Positions 47,975 to 58,032 of a stretch of DNA of 64,000 nucleotides are shown piece by piece. The stretch comes from Tolypothrix carrinoi HA7290-LM1 (GTDB lineage Bacteria; Cyanobacteriota; Cyanobacteriia; Cyanobacteriales; Nostocaceae). The stretch spans positions 1 through 64,000 of the forward strand of contig JAHHIK010000020.1 of the NCBI GenBank assembly GCA_019358935.1. The letters run 5' to 3'. Within the stretch, counting starts at the first letter, position 1. Every line of letters starts with the position of its first letter. The notes beneath the pieces are model-generated. The model saw nothing but the letters and a program-made list of their open reading frames with translations. It was not told the DNA's origin and made no database searches. The translations under genes and the position numbers were made by a program.

Positions 47975-49498
47975 ATGGCTGATTTCAAAGAACTTATTAA
48001 TGAACTTCCCAACCTTGCTGATAGCCTGAAATTGAATGTTGGCGATGCTAATGAAATCAGCCAGCAAATCGTACACATAGGTAATGTTCAAGATAAATTA
48101 CGGAAAATTCAAGAGGATATTGAAGCCGAATTAGGTAGGGAAACATTTAAGAAGAAAGCAATGGGTGTGCTACCTTTTTTAGGCACAGTAGTAGCAAGCG
48201 TTTTTATTCCTGGCGGTTTTTTAGTAGATGCTGCAATTACAGCAGGTGCAGGATTTATTGCCGAAAAATTTGGCAATTCCGAAACAGAATTAATCTTAAA
48301 TGATTTACAAGTAAAAATTGAAGACTTGATTGACTGGGGTGAGTGGCTCAAGGATACAGCAGAAGATATTTTAAGCGATTCTGAAGTGATTAATCAAATA
48401 ATTTATCAACATAAAAAATTCAGCTTACCTACTCAATTCCAAAGAGTTGATGAAAGCTTAATGATTAACTTAGCTTTTGGTGAACCTAAAGTTTTACAGC
48501 AGCAAATTCGGCAAATCATCGAAGCTCAGGAGGATTTATTGCAAGTAAAGCAGAGATTGAATGAAGTTATCAACTATATTGAAAATGGTGAAGATATATT
48601 AAAAATCTTACTAGGTTTTTCAGCTTTTTTTGGTAAATCTGGTTTCGTTTTAGAATGGCTTGATGATGAACATGGATTAATTATATCTAGCAATAGTCAA
48701 CTTCAAGCCGTAGCAGATGTTATCGATGAGTGTGTCTCTTTAAAAGAAAAAACTAGTGCTTTAATTTTACATGGTAATACTTTTAGAGGACAAGCAGAAC
48801 AAGCGCTGAAAAATCTGGAAAGCCAAAATAAGAAAGTAGAAGCAAAAAAAACTCAAACGATAATAGCACCGCAGACGTTAGAACAAAGACCAAAAAAATC
48901 AGCTAATATAAAACAGTCTATTTTGGTCATCGGTTCAAGTTTAGCAATCTTCGGTTTTGGTGGTTGGATGTGCCGGGACAATTTTCCGCAAGTTCAGCTT
49001 CAAAGCCTCAGTTTCAACCAGGAAGGAAATGTTGTAACAAATCTTCAATCTGCTCAAAAACTTGGCATGGAAGCTGCTGTTATGGTTCAAAATCCACCTC
49101 ATCCAATAGAAGTTTGGCAGCAAGCACAATATAAATGGCAGCAAGCGATAAACTTGTTAGAAAGTATTCCTGAAGGGACATCAGTTTCTGCTCAAGCTCA
49201 TAAGCAACTGCTTAACTATCGTGTTAACCATCATGCTATCAGTCAAAGACTTATGACTGAAAGTAAAGCAGCAGCAAACTTGGAATCTGCCCAAAAATTG
49301 GCAATGGAAGCTGCTGTTATGGTTCAAAATCCACCACATCAAGAAGAAGTTTGGCAGCAAGCATTCTTCAAATGGCAGCAGGCAATCAATATATTAGAAG
49401 CTATTCCATCAGGTACATTTGCCTCTCAAAAAGCTAAAGAAAAGCTTTCTATTTATAAAATTAATTATGCTGCGATCGCTACAAGACTCAAATATTAA
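47975..49498 (+). CDS. Hypothetical membrane protein with two C-terminal helical repeats
   Basis: Long ORF; NL(Q/E)SAQKL(G/A)MEAAVMVQNPPH..WQQA occurs twice after a TM helix. Confidence 0.7.
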   Translation: MADFKELINELPNLADSLKLNVGDANEISQQIVHIGNVQDKLRKIQEDIEAELGRETFKKKAMGVLPFLGTVVASVFIPGGFLVDAAITAGAGFIAEKFGNSETELILNDLQVKIEDLIDWGEWLKDTAEDILSDSEVINQIIYQHKKFSLPTQFQRVDESLMINLAFGEPKVLQQQIRQIIEAQEDLLQVKQRLNEVINYIENGEDILKILLGFSAFFGKSGFVLEWLDDEHGLIISSNSQLQAVADVIDECVSLKEKTSALILHGNTFRGQAEQALKNLESQNKKVEAKKTQTIIAPQTLEQRPKKSANIKQSILVIGSSLAIFGFGGWMCRDNFPQVQLQSLSFNQEGNVVTNLQSAQKLGMEAAVMVQNPPHPIEVWQQAQYKWQQAINLLESIPEGTSVSAQAHKQLLNYRVNHHAISQRLMTESKAAANLESAQKLAMEAAVMVQNPPHQEEVWQQAFFKWQQAINILEAIPSGTFASQKAKEKLSIYKINYAAIATRLKY

Positions 49499-49613
49499 AA
49501 GGCAGATTATCAGCTATTTCAACTCTCCCCAAACGAATTTCTGTTTTTTCCATTGTTTGAATACCGCAGGCATTTTAAACAATTATAAAATACAAAAAAA
49601 AGGGATAATGATT

Positions 49614-49717
49614 ATGACCGCTACTAAAAACCGTTTGTGGACAGTAGAGGAATATCATCAGCACCTTTAGCTTTTCCGGAAATTGAAATGCCTTTTTCGG
49701 AATTATTTCTTTCTTAA
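49614..49717 (+). pseudogene. Uma2-like gene with nearly all of its interior deleted
   Basis: N-terminus MTATKNRLWTVEEYH joined to C-terminus APLAFPEIEMPFSELFLS*. Confidence 0.6.
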
Positions 49718-49933
49718 GTACAGCATGAGCGTAAAAACGAGCGCGTTTTTAAACGCAGAGGGACGCAGAGTAAGCGCAAAGTAACGCAGAGTTTTTTTGA
49801 ATTTAATTCGTTACGAATTTGTGCAATGTTGTATTAAATTTATTGAATAAAAAAAGCGATGTTTGAGATAAATCGTAGTCAGGACTTTAGTCCTCATAGA
49901 AATGAAATAAGGACTAAAGTTTTTACTACAAAG

Positions 49934-50761
49934 TTAAACTAGAGAACGGTCTGTCAAAATCTCATAGCCAGTATCCGTCACTAACACGGTATGCTCAAAC
50001 TGAGCCGACAAAGAATTATCCACCGTTACAGCAGTCCAGCGGTCAGATAAAGTCCGCGTCACCTTAGAACCCGCATTCAAAATTGGCTCAATAGCCAGCG
50101 TCATTCCTGCACGCAGCTTGACATTTGGCATTTCCCGCGTGCGGAAGTTGAAAACTGAAGGTTCTTCGTGCAAGTTGCGACCAACACCGTGTCCGGTGAA
50201 ATCTTCTACTACACTAAAGCCATTAGCTTTCACATGGTCTTCAATTGCTCCAGCAATATCTATAAGGTAATTCCCGGCTTTAACTTGTTCAATGCCTTTG
50301 AAAAGCGATTCTTCAGCTATGCGAATCAGTTTCGCAGCTTGTGGGGTGACATCTCCCACGGCAATAGTAATGCAGGAGTCACCATGAAAACCTTGATAAA
50401 AAGCACCTGTATCTACTTTTAAAACATCCCCCAAACGGATGACTTTTTTCGGACTGGGGATACCGTGTACAACTTCATTATTAATGCTGGAGCAGATAGA
50501 ACCAGGAAAACCGTGATATCCTTTAAAGCTTGGTGTTGCACCCATTTCTCGGATGCGTTTTTCCGCATGAGCATCTAAGTCAGCAGTAGTCATTCCTGGC
50601 TGTACCAACTGAGAAATTTCTTTCAAAACGGTAGCGACAATTTTTGCAGATTGCCGCATAATTTCAATTTCACGCGACGATTTAATTTCAATTCCTCGGC
50701 GTTGTCGTTTGGAAACATTAGGCTGAGTTGATTGAGAAAGCAGGTTACTGAAAATGTTCAT
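49934..50761 (-). CDS. map: Type I methionine aminopeptidase
   Basis: [45 protein letters not shown]. Confidence 0.96.
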   Translation of the reverse strand: MNIFSNLLSQSTQPNVSKRQRRGIEIKSSREIEIMRQSAKIVATVLKEISQLVQPGMTTADLDAHAEKRIREMGATPSFKGYHGFPGSICSSINNEVVHGIPSPKKVIRLGDVLKVDTGAFYQGFHGDSCITIAVGDVTPQAAKLIRIAEESLFKGIEQVKAGNYLIDIAGAIEDHVKANGFSVVEDFTGHGVGRNLHEEPSVFNFRTREMPNVKLRAGMTLAIEPILNAGSKVTRTLSDRWTAVTVDNSLSAQFEHTVLVTDTGYEILTDRSLV

Positions 50762-50865
50762 GGGATATTAATAATTATTTGCGCCTTGCCGCTTAAGAGT
50801 CAATGATTTTTTTAGATTAGTTGAGAAACAATATCTATATTTAAGTTAGCTTATTTGGTTGTTAG

Positions 50866-51045
50866 TGGGCATTGGGTAATGGGTAATCGGTAATGGGTAA
50901 TGGGTAAGAAAGAAGAAATATCTCTCAAGAAAAGCGATAAGATTGCTCAAGAAAGCTTAAGAAAGCTTCCCCCTTGTCCTCCTTGTCCCCCCTGTCCTCC
51001 TTGTCCCCCTTGTCCCCTTGTCCCCCTGTCCCCCTTGTCCCCTCT
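50866..51045. repeat. STRR-type arrays (GGGTAAT)n and (CCTTGTC)n
   Basis: Tandem short units between map and the M16 peptidase gene. Confidence 0.85.
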
Positions 51046-53874
51046 TCAAATGCCTTGTGCTAAGACAGCCGGACCTGCTGTGACTACTACAATTTTATCT
51101 GGATGAAGTAACTCACGAGCAGCAAGATTTACTTGGGCAAGATTGACTGTCTGGATTTTTTGGGTAAAAGAACGTAATTCCATTTCATCCAGTCCATACA
51201 CTTCGTTCATGAGAATTTTTTTAGTTAATTCCTGTGGGTTTGCAAGAGTTACGGTGTAGTTGCTGATTAAGGTGCGTTTGGCTGTCTCTACTTCTTGGGT
51301 GCTGACACCATGAGTATGCAGTTGTTGTAGCAGATTGCGGGTGCTAGCGATCGCTTTACTTGCATCTTCTGGGCTAGTTTGCATTTCTATCAAAAATGTG
51401 CCTATATTTTTCCCAGCTTGGAAGTAGCTATAAATTCCATAAGTCAGACCTAGGCGATCGCGTACTTCTGCACCCAGTCTACTCGAAAGTGTATCACCAC
51501 CCAAAATCTGATTTAATATTAAAGCCGCATAAAATCGCGGATCTTGACGGTTTATACTTATGTAACCCATATAAGTAATCGCTTGCGCTTTACCAGGCAG
51601 CACTGAATTGACACGGACTACTTTTTCTGGTATAGATACAGCCGGATATTTTAATTTTGGTGGTTTACCGCTAACTTGCCAATCACTAAACTCGGTTTGA
51701 AGAAGCGATCGCACTATCAATGGTTCAAAATCTCCCACCAACACTAACACTGTTGTATCTGGACGATAATGTTTTGCTTTGAAATTAAGCACATCTTCAC
51801 GGCTAATTTTTCGCAAACTCTTTTCGGTGGGAAAGGTGTGTGAAGGATGATTTTTCGGATAAATAGATTGTACAAATGTTCTTTCTGCTACTTCCGATGC
51901 ATCATCTAATTCCAGTTCCAAAGCATTCAAAGCTTGTTGGCGAGTCAATTCCAACTCTTTTTGCGGAAAAGTCGCATTTTTTACTTTATCAGCTAAAGTC
52001 TCAATCAAAACAGGCAAATCTGCGGCTAAACTATTACCTTGAATTCGCACACCTTCGCGATACGTTTCCAAATCCAGATTTGCTCCGCGTTCTTCCAAAG
52101 CTTGGGCAAGAGTTAAAACATCCTTGCTTTTTGTACCATTCATCAAGTTGTCTGCTACAAGAGATGCCAATCCTGCTTTATCCTCTGGATCAAATTCTGC
52201 CCCAGCTTTGAGATAACCACTCAACGTTACCGTGGGAGTACTTTTATCCGGCAGCAGCAATACCCGCAAACCGTTGCAAAATGTAAATTTTTGTGGTAAT
52301 GCCAGCGTTGCCTTTTCTAAGGAGGTTTTCTCCACAGATGGTAAATATTTCATCACCTCAACCGAGGCTACAGGTGCTAAGGAAGTAAAATTTTCTGTAG
52401 TTTGTACAGAATTTGCTTTGCTGCCATTTCCTTTAACCTGCTTCTGAGTCGGTTCAAAAAAGCCCACCGTGCGTGCTTCTTGTTGGAGATATTTATTTAC
52501 CACACGCCTAATATCCGCCTCAGTGACTTTGCGAACCGCTTCTAAATAGCGTTCTGTGTAGAGATAATCACCAGTAGTTAGCTCATCGTTAGCCAGTTGC
52601 ATCGCTTGATTGGTGATATCACGGTTACTCAAAATTACAGAAGCTTCTAACTGCGTCTTGGCTCGTTTCACTTCTTTTGAAGTCACCCCAAAAGCCAGCT
52701 TACTGATTTCACTATTTAGTACTGAGTCAATTTTCCGCAAATCTTGATGAGGTGCTGCTGTCACCGATATCTTATACCAGCCAGACCAAAGCAAGCTAGT
52801 AACAGAAGCAGTAACATCATTAGCCAAACCTGATTCTACTAATGCCTGATAAAACCGAGAATTCCGTTTTTCTGTCAAGATGTAATCCATCACTGACAAC
52901 GCTGGCACATCCGGATGATTCACCTGTGGCAGTGGGTAGACTGCTTGTAACAACCCTGCCGATCCCGGTTCTCGCAAGACGATAGAAGAGTTAGGTAGAG
53001 ACGTTCCACTGGAACGTCTGTACGAAAGTGAAGAGTTAGGTAGAGACGTTCCACTGGAACGTCTGTACGGTATTTTCCCAAATATTTCTTGTACTGCTTT
53101 GAGGGTTTTTGCGGTGTCAAAATCGCCGACAATCACCAAAACAGCGTTGTTGGGAGTGTAGAAGTTACGGTAATACTTACGTACTTGCTCAACTTGAAAT
53201 TTCTCGACATCGGCTTTGGTACCACCCACAGGCAATCCGTAAGGACTCTGGGGAAATGCTGCTTGCATTACGGCGCGGTTTAGGCGGTAATCAGGACTAT
53301 TTTCGTAACCTTGCAACTCGGAAATTACTACTTGTTTTTCACTCGATAATTGTTCGGCATCAATCAGAGAGTTTTGCATTCTATCTGCTTCCAGCACTAA
53401 AAGAGCTTTGAGCTTTTCTCGTTCTAAAGTTCCATAATATGCTGTTTGATCGTAGCTAGTGAAGGCGTTCGAGTCGCTACCCAAAGCACTAAACAATCGT
53501 CCAAATTGAATTGGACGGTTGCGAGTGCCTTTAAACATCATGTGTTCTAACTGATGGGCAATGCCATTCACTCCTGGTTCTTCATTGCGCGAGCCGACTT
53601 TATACCACACTTGCACAGTTACAACTGGCGCAGTATGCACTTCTTTTGTGAGGACAGTCAGACCATTTTCCAGCACCGTTTTGTTAACGTTTTCTGTCAC
53701 TGTTCGGGATGTTGGCTTTTTTGCTATAAGTATTTTCTGGGTACTTACCTGGTTGTAAGCAACCATAAGCTTGCTATCAGCAGGTTTATGACTGAGAAAC
53801 AACACCGCAATCAGCCAGACGCTCAACATTAATAACAAATAACGATACTTACGTAGCGTGGAAAATACTGGCAT
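51046..53874 (-). CDS. M16 (pitrilysin-family) zinc peptidase
   Basis: GIAHQLEHMMFKGT (HxxEH), NAFTSYDQT, four-domain M16 layout, N-terminal signal/TM. Confidence 0.92.
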   Translation of the reverse strand: MPVFSTLRKYRYLLLMLSVWLIAVLFLSHKPADSKLMVAYNQVSTQKILIAKKPTSRTVTENVNKTVLENGLTVLTKEVHTAPVVTVQVWYKVGSRNEEPGVNGIAHQLEHMMFKGTRNRPIQFGRLFSALGSDSNAFTSYDQTAYYGTLEREKLKALLVLEADRMQNSLIDAEQLSSEKQVVISELQGYENSPDYRLNRAVMQAAFPQSPYGLPVGGTKADVEKFQVEQVRKYYRNFYTPNNAVLVIVGDFDTAKTLKAVQEIFGKIPYRRSSGTSLPNSSLSYRRSSGTSLPNSSIVLREPGSAGLLQAVYPLPQVNHPDVPALSVMDYILTEKRNSRFYQALVESGLANDVTASVTSLLWSGWYKISVTAAPHQDLRKIDSVLNSEISKLAFGVTSKEVKRAKTQLEASVILSNRDITNQAMQLANDELTTGDYLYTERYLEAVRKVTEADIRRVVNKYLQQEARTVGFFEPTQKQVKGNGSKANSVQTTENFTSLAPVASVEVMKYLPSVEKTSLEKATLALPQKFTFCNGLRVLLLPDKSTPTVTLSGYLKAGAEFDPEDKAGLASLVADNLMNGTKSKDVLTLAQALEERGANLDLETYREGVRIQGNSLAADLPVLIETLADKVKNATFPQKELELTRQQALNALELELDDASEVAERTFVQSIYPKNHPSHTFPTEKSLRKISREDVLNFKAKHYRPDTTVLVLVGDFEPLIVRSLLQTEFSDWQVSGKPPKLKYPAVSIPEKVVRVNSVLPGKAQAITYMGYISINRQDPRFYAALILNQILGGDTLSSRLGAEVRDRLGLTYGIYSYFQAGKNIGTFLIEMQTSPEDASKAIASTRNLLQQLHTHGVSTQEVETAKRTLISNYTVTLANPQELTKKILMNEVYGLDEMELRSFTQKIQTVNLAQVNLAARELLHPDKIVVVTAGPAVLAQGI
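52985..53069. repeat. Tandem 40-bp duplicate (45-bp period) of a GTAGAGACGTTCC..GGAACGTCT hairpin inside the M16 gene
   Basis: Encodes YRRSSGTSLPNSS twice; relatives at ~18125 and ~36913. Confidence 0.85.
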
Positions 53875-54011
53875 TAATTTTGTAAACTTTCTCTGTAAAT
53901 ACTATTACAAATTTTTTTGTAATCATAATAGTTTAATCTTTTTCTATAAGTTATTGCGTAGGCAACACTACAGAGAAAGATTATTTTAGAGTTAATGGAA
54001 AGTAGAGGCTA

Positions 54012-54458
54012 CTATTCGCCGATTTCTGATAAAATCCGTATAAATTCGAGGGGTAATCCGTCAGCATCGGCAATAAAAGCAACTTCGTAAATACGCGATC
54101 CTATTTGCTGCTGTGTTGGTTCTAAAAGCACTACCAACGGTTGCGATTGTTCGCTTTGAGATTGTGAGGCGATCGCCATACGTTCTTTGAGATTTGTTAA
54201 CCAACTAGGTAAATCTGTGGTTATTTGTGTTAAATCAAATGACAGATGATAATACCCCACATAATGTTCATCTGCGAATGCATCCGGGGCTTTTTTTGGT
54301 TCGGGAATTTGGATGAGCTCTATTCTGCCGCCTAATCCTTCCATCCAGCAAGCCAGAGTATAGCCTGTAGTGAAGCGTTCTGTGACTGTAAACCCCAAGT
54401 GTTCGTAAAAGGCGATCGCTCGATGAATATTCGCGGTACGAATAGAAGCGTGGTGCAT
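54012..54458 (-). CDS. VOC/glyoxalase family protein
   Basis: MHHASIRTA..RIELI..YYHLSF..FIADADGLPLEF. Confidence 0.85.
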   Translation of the reverse strand: MHHASIRTANIHRAIAFYEHLGFTVTERFTTGYTLACWMEGLGGRIELIQIPEPKKAPDAFADEHYVGYYHLSFDLTQITTDLPSWLTNLKERMAIASQSQSEQSQPLVVLLEPTQQQIGSRIYEVAFIADADGLPLEFIRILSEIGE

Positions 54459-54600
54459 AGGATTTTGGATTTTGGATTTTGGATTTTGGATTTTGCGAAA
54501 AGTTTGAGCGCCGATGTCCGGCGATCAAAGCTTTTCAAGACGGATGCGTGGATTTGCCTTCAATCCAAAATCGCAAATCTAAAATCTAAAATCGCCAAAC

Positions 54601-55113
54601 TTACTCAAACAACCGAAAATAAGGATAGCGTACAGGCACACCCGGCTCTTTTTCTAAATCAAAATTTATCACTTCCCAGCAGCCTTCTTCTGCGGAATCC
54701 GGGCTAAACTCTACTGGTAAGCCGTAAAGCCGCGCAGATGTTGTCTCTGCTTGACCAGAACGCCAAGGTGTGCTGCGTTCCAAATAGCCACTCATCAATT
54801 CTTGATACCGTTTGGCAATAATCACTTTTGTTGCTCGGTATCCTTGAGTATACAGCTTGTCTAGCGCTTCGTGAATTTCAAAGCGAATGCCATCGGGATG
54901 CGTATGTTGCCGATACCATTCATTATTCCATCTTCGCCAATGACGCCCGGACTGAAGATGAATCAATTCACCATCTTTCGGATTCGCTTCAAAAGCGCCA
55001 TGCCGAGGACATAGATATGTGTCAGTTAGTGTCAGTGCCGGAATTGTTTGACGGCAGTGGGGACACTGGATTTCTGGACCAAATATTGGGTACTGCAAGC
55101 CTGGATTCATCAT
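54601..55113 (-). CDS. TIGR02652-type conserved cyanobacterial protein
   Basis: YPIFGPEIQCPHCRQ..CPRHGAFEA..RYPYFRLFE. Confidence 0.8.
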   Translation of the reverse strand: MMNPGLQYPIFGPEIQCPHCRQTIPALTLTDTYLCPRHGAFEANPKDGELIHLQSGRHWRRWNNEWYRQHTHPDGIRFEIHEALDKLYTQGYRATKVIIAKRYQELMSGYLERSTPWRSGQAETTSARLYGLPVEFSPDSAEEGCWEVINFDLEKEPGVPVRYPYFRLFE

Positions 55114-55351
55114 GAAGTGCGTACAAACATACTTTTGTTTTCACCCGCAAAATTGGTTTTAGTTTACACTTCTACTCCGCCTCCTTGGGCTAATTAGTTA
55201 TTGTTGCACAGAGATTTCGTTGCGCTGTCGGTTTCCACAAAGCGTATCCTCTGAACATCAAGGCTTAACACCGTGATATCCTGTTGAATGCAACCAACTT
55301 CCAAGGTTGGAGTTTTTCCAGTGTTCCTGGGTACCATATTCATATTCTATC

Positions 55352-55885
55352 GTGTCTACCGCTTCTTACTGGTCTTCTCCTGATATTTCTCAAGCTGCCT
55401 TCGTTGCAGCTAATGCTGTGGTTATGGGTTCGGTAAACATAGCCGCTGGAGCGAGCATTTGGTATCAAGCTGTAGTTAGGGGAGATGTGGAAAGCATTGA
55501 AATTGGCGAATGCACCAATATTCAGGATGGAGCAATTCTACACGGCGATCCGGGCTTTCCGACAATTTTAGAAGATTATGTCACCGTAGGGCATCGTGCT
55601 GTGATACATTCTGCTTACATTGAACGTGGCTGCTTAATTGGAATTGGCGCAATTATTTTAAACAATGTGCGGGTAGGCGCTGGTAGCATTATTGGTGCTG
55701 GTGCAGTCGTAACGAAAAATGTACCTCCTTTATCTTTGATAACTGGCATTCCGGGGAAAGTGTTGCGCCAAGTCACCCACGACGAAGCCAGAGAACTTAT
55801 CGAACACGCTCAACGTTACCAAAAGTTAGCTTTGGTTCATGCTGGGAAAGGCACTGATATTGGTTTTACAAAGGGTGGGGAATAG
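55352..55885 (+). CDS. Gamma carbonic anhydrase-like (YrdA-type) hexapeptide protein
   Basis: SIWYQAVVRGD, TNIQDGAILH, TVGHRAVIH; GTG at 55352. Confidence 0.88.
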   Translation: MSTASYWSSPDISQAAFVAANAVVMGSVNIAAGASIWYQAVVRGDVESIEIGECTNIQDGAILHGDPGFPTILEDYVTVGHRAVIHSAYIERGCLIGIGAIILNNVRVGAGSIIGAGAVVTKNVPPLSLITGIPGKVLRQVTHDEARELIEHAQRYQKLALVHAGKGTDIGFTKGGE

Positions 55886-56136
55886 GGCATCGGGCATTGA
55901 GAGATGGGGAGAGGGGGGGATGGGGAGATGGGGAGAAAGAATTGTCCCCTTGTCTCCCTTGTCTCCCTTGTCTCCCTTGTCTCCCTTGTCCCCTTGTCCC
56001 CATTACCCCATGCCCTAATAATAAATTTGTAAACATTCTTTACAAATGGGTCTGGAAAAATTTCCCACTTCGGCTAACAATAAAAATGAGAAGAGTTGAC
56101 AAAACTTTAATTTCTACTTAACAGAGGGTTCTAAAT

Positions 56137-56262
56137 ATGGACATCGATATGCGTGTTGCGATCGTTTTAGCACCAATTGCCATTGCTGCTGGTTGGGCAG
56201 TATTCAACATCGGTGCTGCTGCTTTAAGACAAGTTCAAGGCTTTTTAGATAGAGAAGCTTAA
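56137..56262 (+). CDS. psbY: Photosystem II protein Y (missed by the ORF track)
   Basis: [41 protein letters not shown]. Confidence 0.92.
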   Translation: MDIDMRVAIVLAPIAIAAGWAVFNIGAAALRQVQGFLDREA

Positions 56263-56324
56263 ACTCGACGTGGTTGTTAGTGGTTAGTAGTTAGTAGTTA
56301 TTTGTTACAACTAACCCAACGGGA

Positions 56325-56459
56325 GAGCCAGTTGCTTCAAGTCGGCAGAGCCGACGGCAGATGCTTCAAGCCGGGAAACCCTTGCGGCAGTCGCTCATGG
56401 GGGGAACCCCCAAGACCGCGCTGCCTTACCAACGCACTGCCTCCCCAACGCACTGGCTC
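56325..56459 (+). mobile_element. Triple-nested 45-nt mini-elements
   Basis: Outer 56325-56353 + 56444-56459; middle 56354-56382 + 56428-56443; inner 56383-56427; each totals 45 nt. Confidence 0.8.
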
Positions 56460-56494
56460 ACCACTAACCACTAACCAATAACGACTAACTATTT

Positions 56495-57928
56495 GTGAAT
56501 ATCGACTTATTACTACAACCCTTCCAACGCTTCGGCGTTAATCTGGGATTAGACCGCATTGTCAAACTTTTGGCAAATCTTGGCAACCCCCATGAGCAAG
56601 TTCCGGTAATTCACGTTGCTGGCACGAATGGGAAAGGTTCTGTTTGCGCTTATCTTTCTTCGGTACTTACTGAGGCTGGTTATCGCACAGGACGCTACAC
56701 TTCACCACATTTGGTCGATTGGACGGAACGCATTTGTTTGAATGAACAAGCGATCGCCTCCGATACATTGTCTCAATTAGTACTCCAAGTTCAAGCGGCA
56801 ATCAGCCCAGATGAAGAATCACCAACTCAGTTTGAAGTAATTACCGCAGCCGCTTGGTTATATTTTGCACAAAGTAAAGTCGATGTGGCGGTAGTAGAAG
56901 TTGGATTGGGAGGACGTTTAGATGCGACAAACGTTTGCTCGCAGCCTTTGGTAACTATTATCACTTCCATCAGCCGCGAACATTGGCAACAATTAGGTTC
57001 TACAGTCGCTGAGATTGCCAGAGAAAAAGCTGGGATTCTGAAAGCTGGATGTCCGGCTGTTGTGGGAATATTGCCACCGGATGCAGAAAAAGTCGTGCGA
57101 TCGCGTACTCTAGAATTACAATGCCCGTATATTGCGCCTCAACCTGCCCGTCAAATATCTCCAGGATGGGCAGAGTATCAACAAGCAGGAGAGACAAGGG
57201 CGACGGGTGTGGGGGACAAGGGGGACAAGGGGAGCCAGCGCGTTGCGGAGGTCTCCTCCGTTGTAGCGACTGGCGTGGACAAGGGGGACAAGGGGGACAA
57301 GGGAGACAAGGGGGACAACTTTCTCGTTCCTAACTCTGAAAATCGAAAATCGATTAAATATCGATTGCCCTTAGAAGGACAGATACAGTTAGCTAATTCA
57401 AGTTTAGCGATCGCTGCTTTAGAAATCTTACAACAAAAAGGTTGGCAGATATCACAAGAAGCCATTATCAACGGCATCGCCAAAACTAAATGGCTAGGGA
57501 GAATGCAATCGACAACCTGGAGAAATCATAAACTATTAATTGATGGCGCTCATAACCCAGCTGCGGCTCAAGTTTTACGCGAGTATGTAGATAGTCTGGA
57601 TACTCCCAAAGTTAATTGGGTAATGGGAATGCTTTCCACCAAAGAACATGCGGAGATTTTCCAAGCTTTACTACGACCAAATGACAGTTTATACTTAACG
57701 CCAGTACCAGATCATAGTTCAGCCGATACAAGCGAATTAGCGAAACTAGCTCAGAAAATTTGCCCAGAAATAAGTTATTGTCAAACTTATCCAGATTTAT
57801 TATCAGCACTAGAAACAGCTTTTAGCGCAACCGATAATTTAGTCATTTTGTGCGGTTCATTATATCTCATCGGGCATTTTTTCGCAACCGTAAATACCCC
57901 TGACTTTAACCAGCCGCCGACACCCTAA
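56495..57928 (+). CDS. folC: Folylpolyglutamate synthase/dihydrofolate synthase with an in-frame repeat-derived insert
   Basis: HVAGTNGKGS, YTSPHL, EVGLGGRLDATN, DGAHNP, CGSLYLIG. Confidence 0.95.
   Translation: MNIDLLLQPFQRFGVNLGLDRIVKLLANLGNPHEQVPVIHVAGTNGKGSVCAYLSSVLTEAGYRTGRYTSPHLVDWTERICLNEQAIASDTLSQLVLQVQAAISPDEESPTQFEVITAAAWLYFAQSKVDVAVVEVGLGGRLDATNVCSQPLVTIITSISREHWQQLGSTVAEIAREKAGILKAGCPAVVGILPPDAEKVVRSRTLELQCPYIAPQPARQISPGWAEYQQAGETRATGVGDKGDKGSQRVAEVSSVVATGVDKGDKGDKGDKGDNFLVPNSENRKSIKYRLPLEGQIQLANSSLAIAALEILQQKGWQISQEAIINGIAKTKWLGRMQSTTWRNHKLLIDGAHNPAAAQVLREYVDSLDTPKVNWVMGMLSTKEHAEIFQALLRPNDSLYLTPVPDHSSADTSELAKLAQKICPEISYCQTYPDLLSALETAFSATDNLVILCGSLYLIGHFFATVNTPDFNQPPTP
57232..57276 (-). 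mobile_element. 45-nt mini-element inside a GGGGACAAG array within folC
   Basis: GAGCCAGCGCGTTGCGGAGGTCTCCTCCGTTGTAGCGACTGGCGT; removal restores CAAGGGGGACAAG. Confidence 0.8.
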
Positions 57929-58032
57929 CCCTCTCCTCCTCTCGTTCCCAGTCTGAGACTAGGAACGAGGTAAGGTAAACTTTCAACTCCTAACAACTAA
58001 CAACTAACACCCAACAACTAACTCCGCTCCTC

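Noticed and set aside
55352..55885. Carboxysomal carbonic anhydrase
   Set aside because: YrdA-like protein far from the ccm operon, with no carboxysome-specific features
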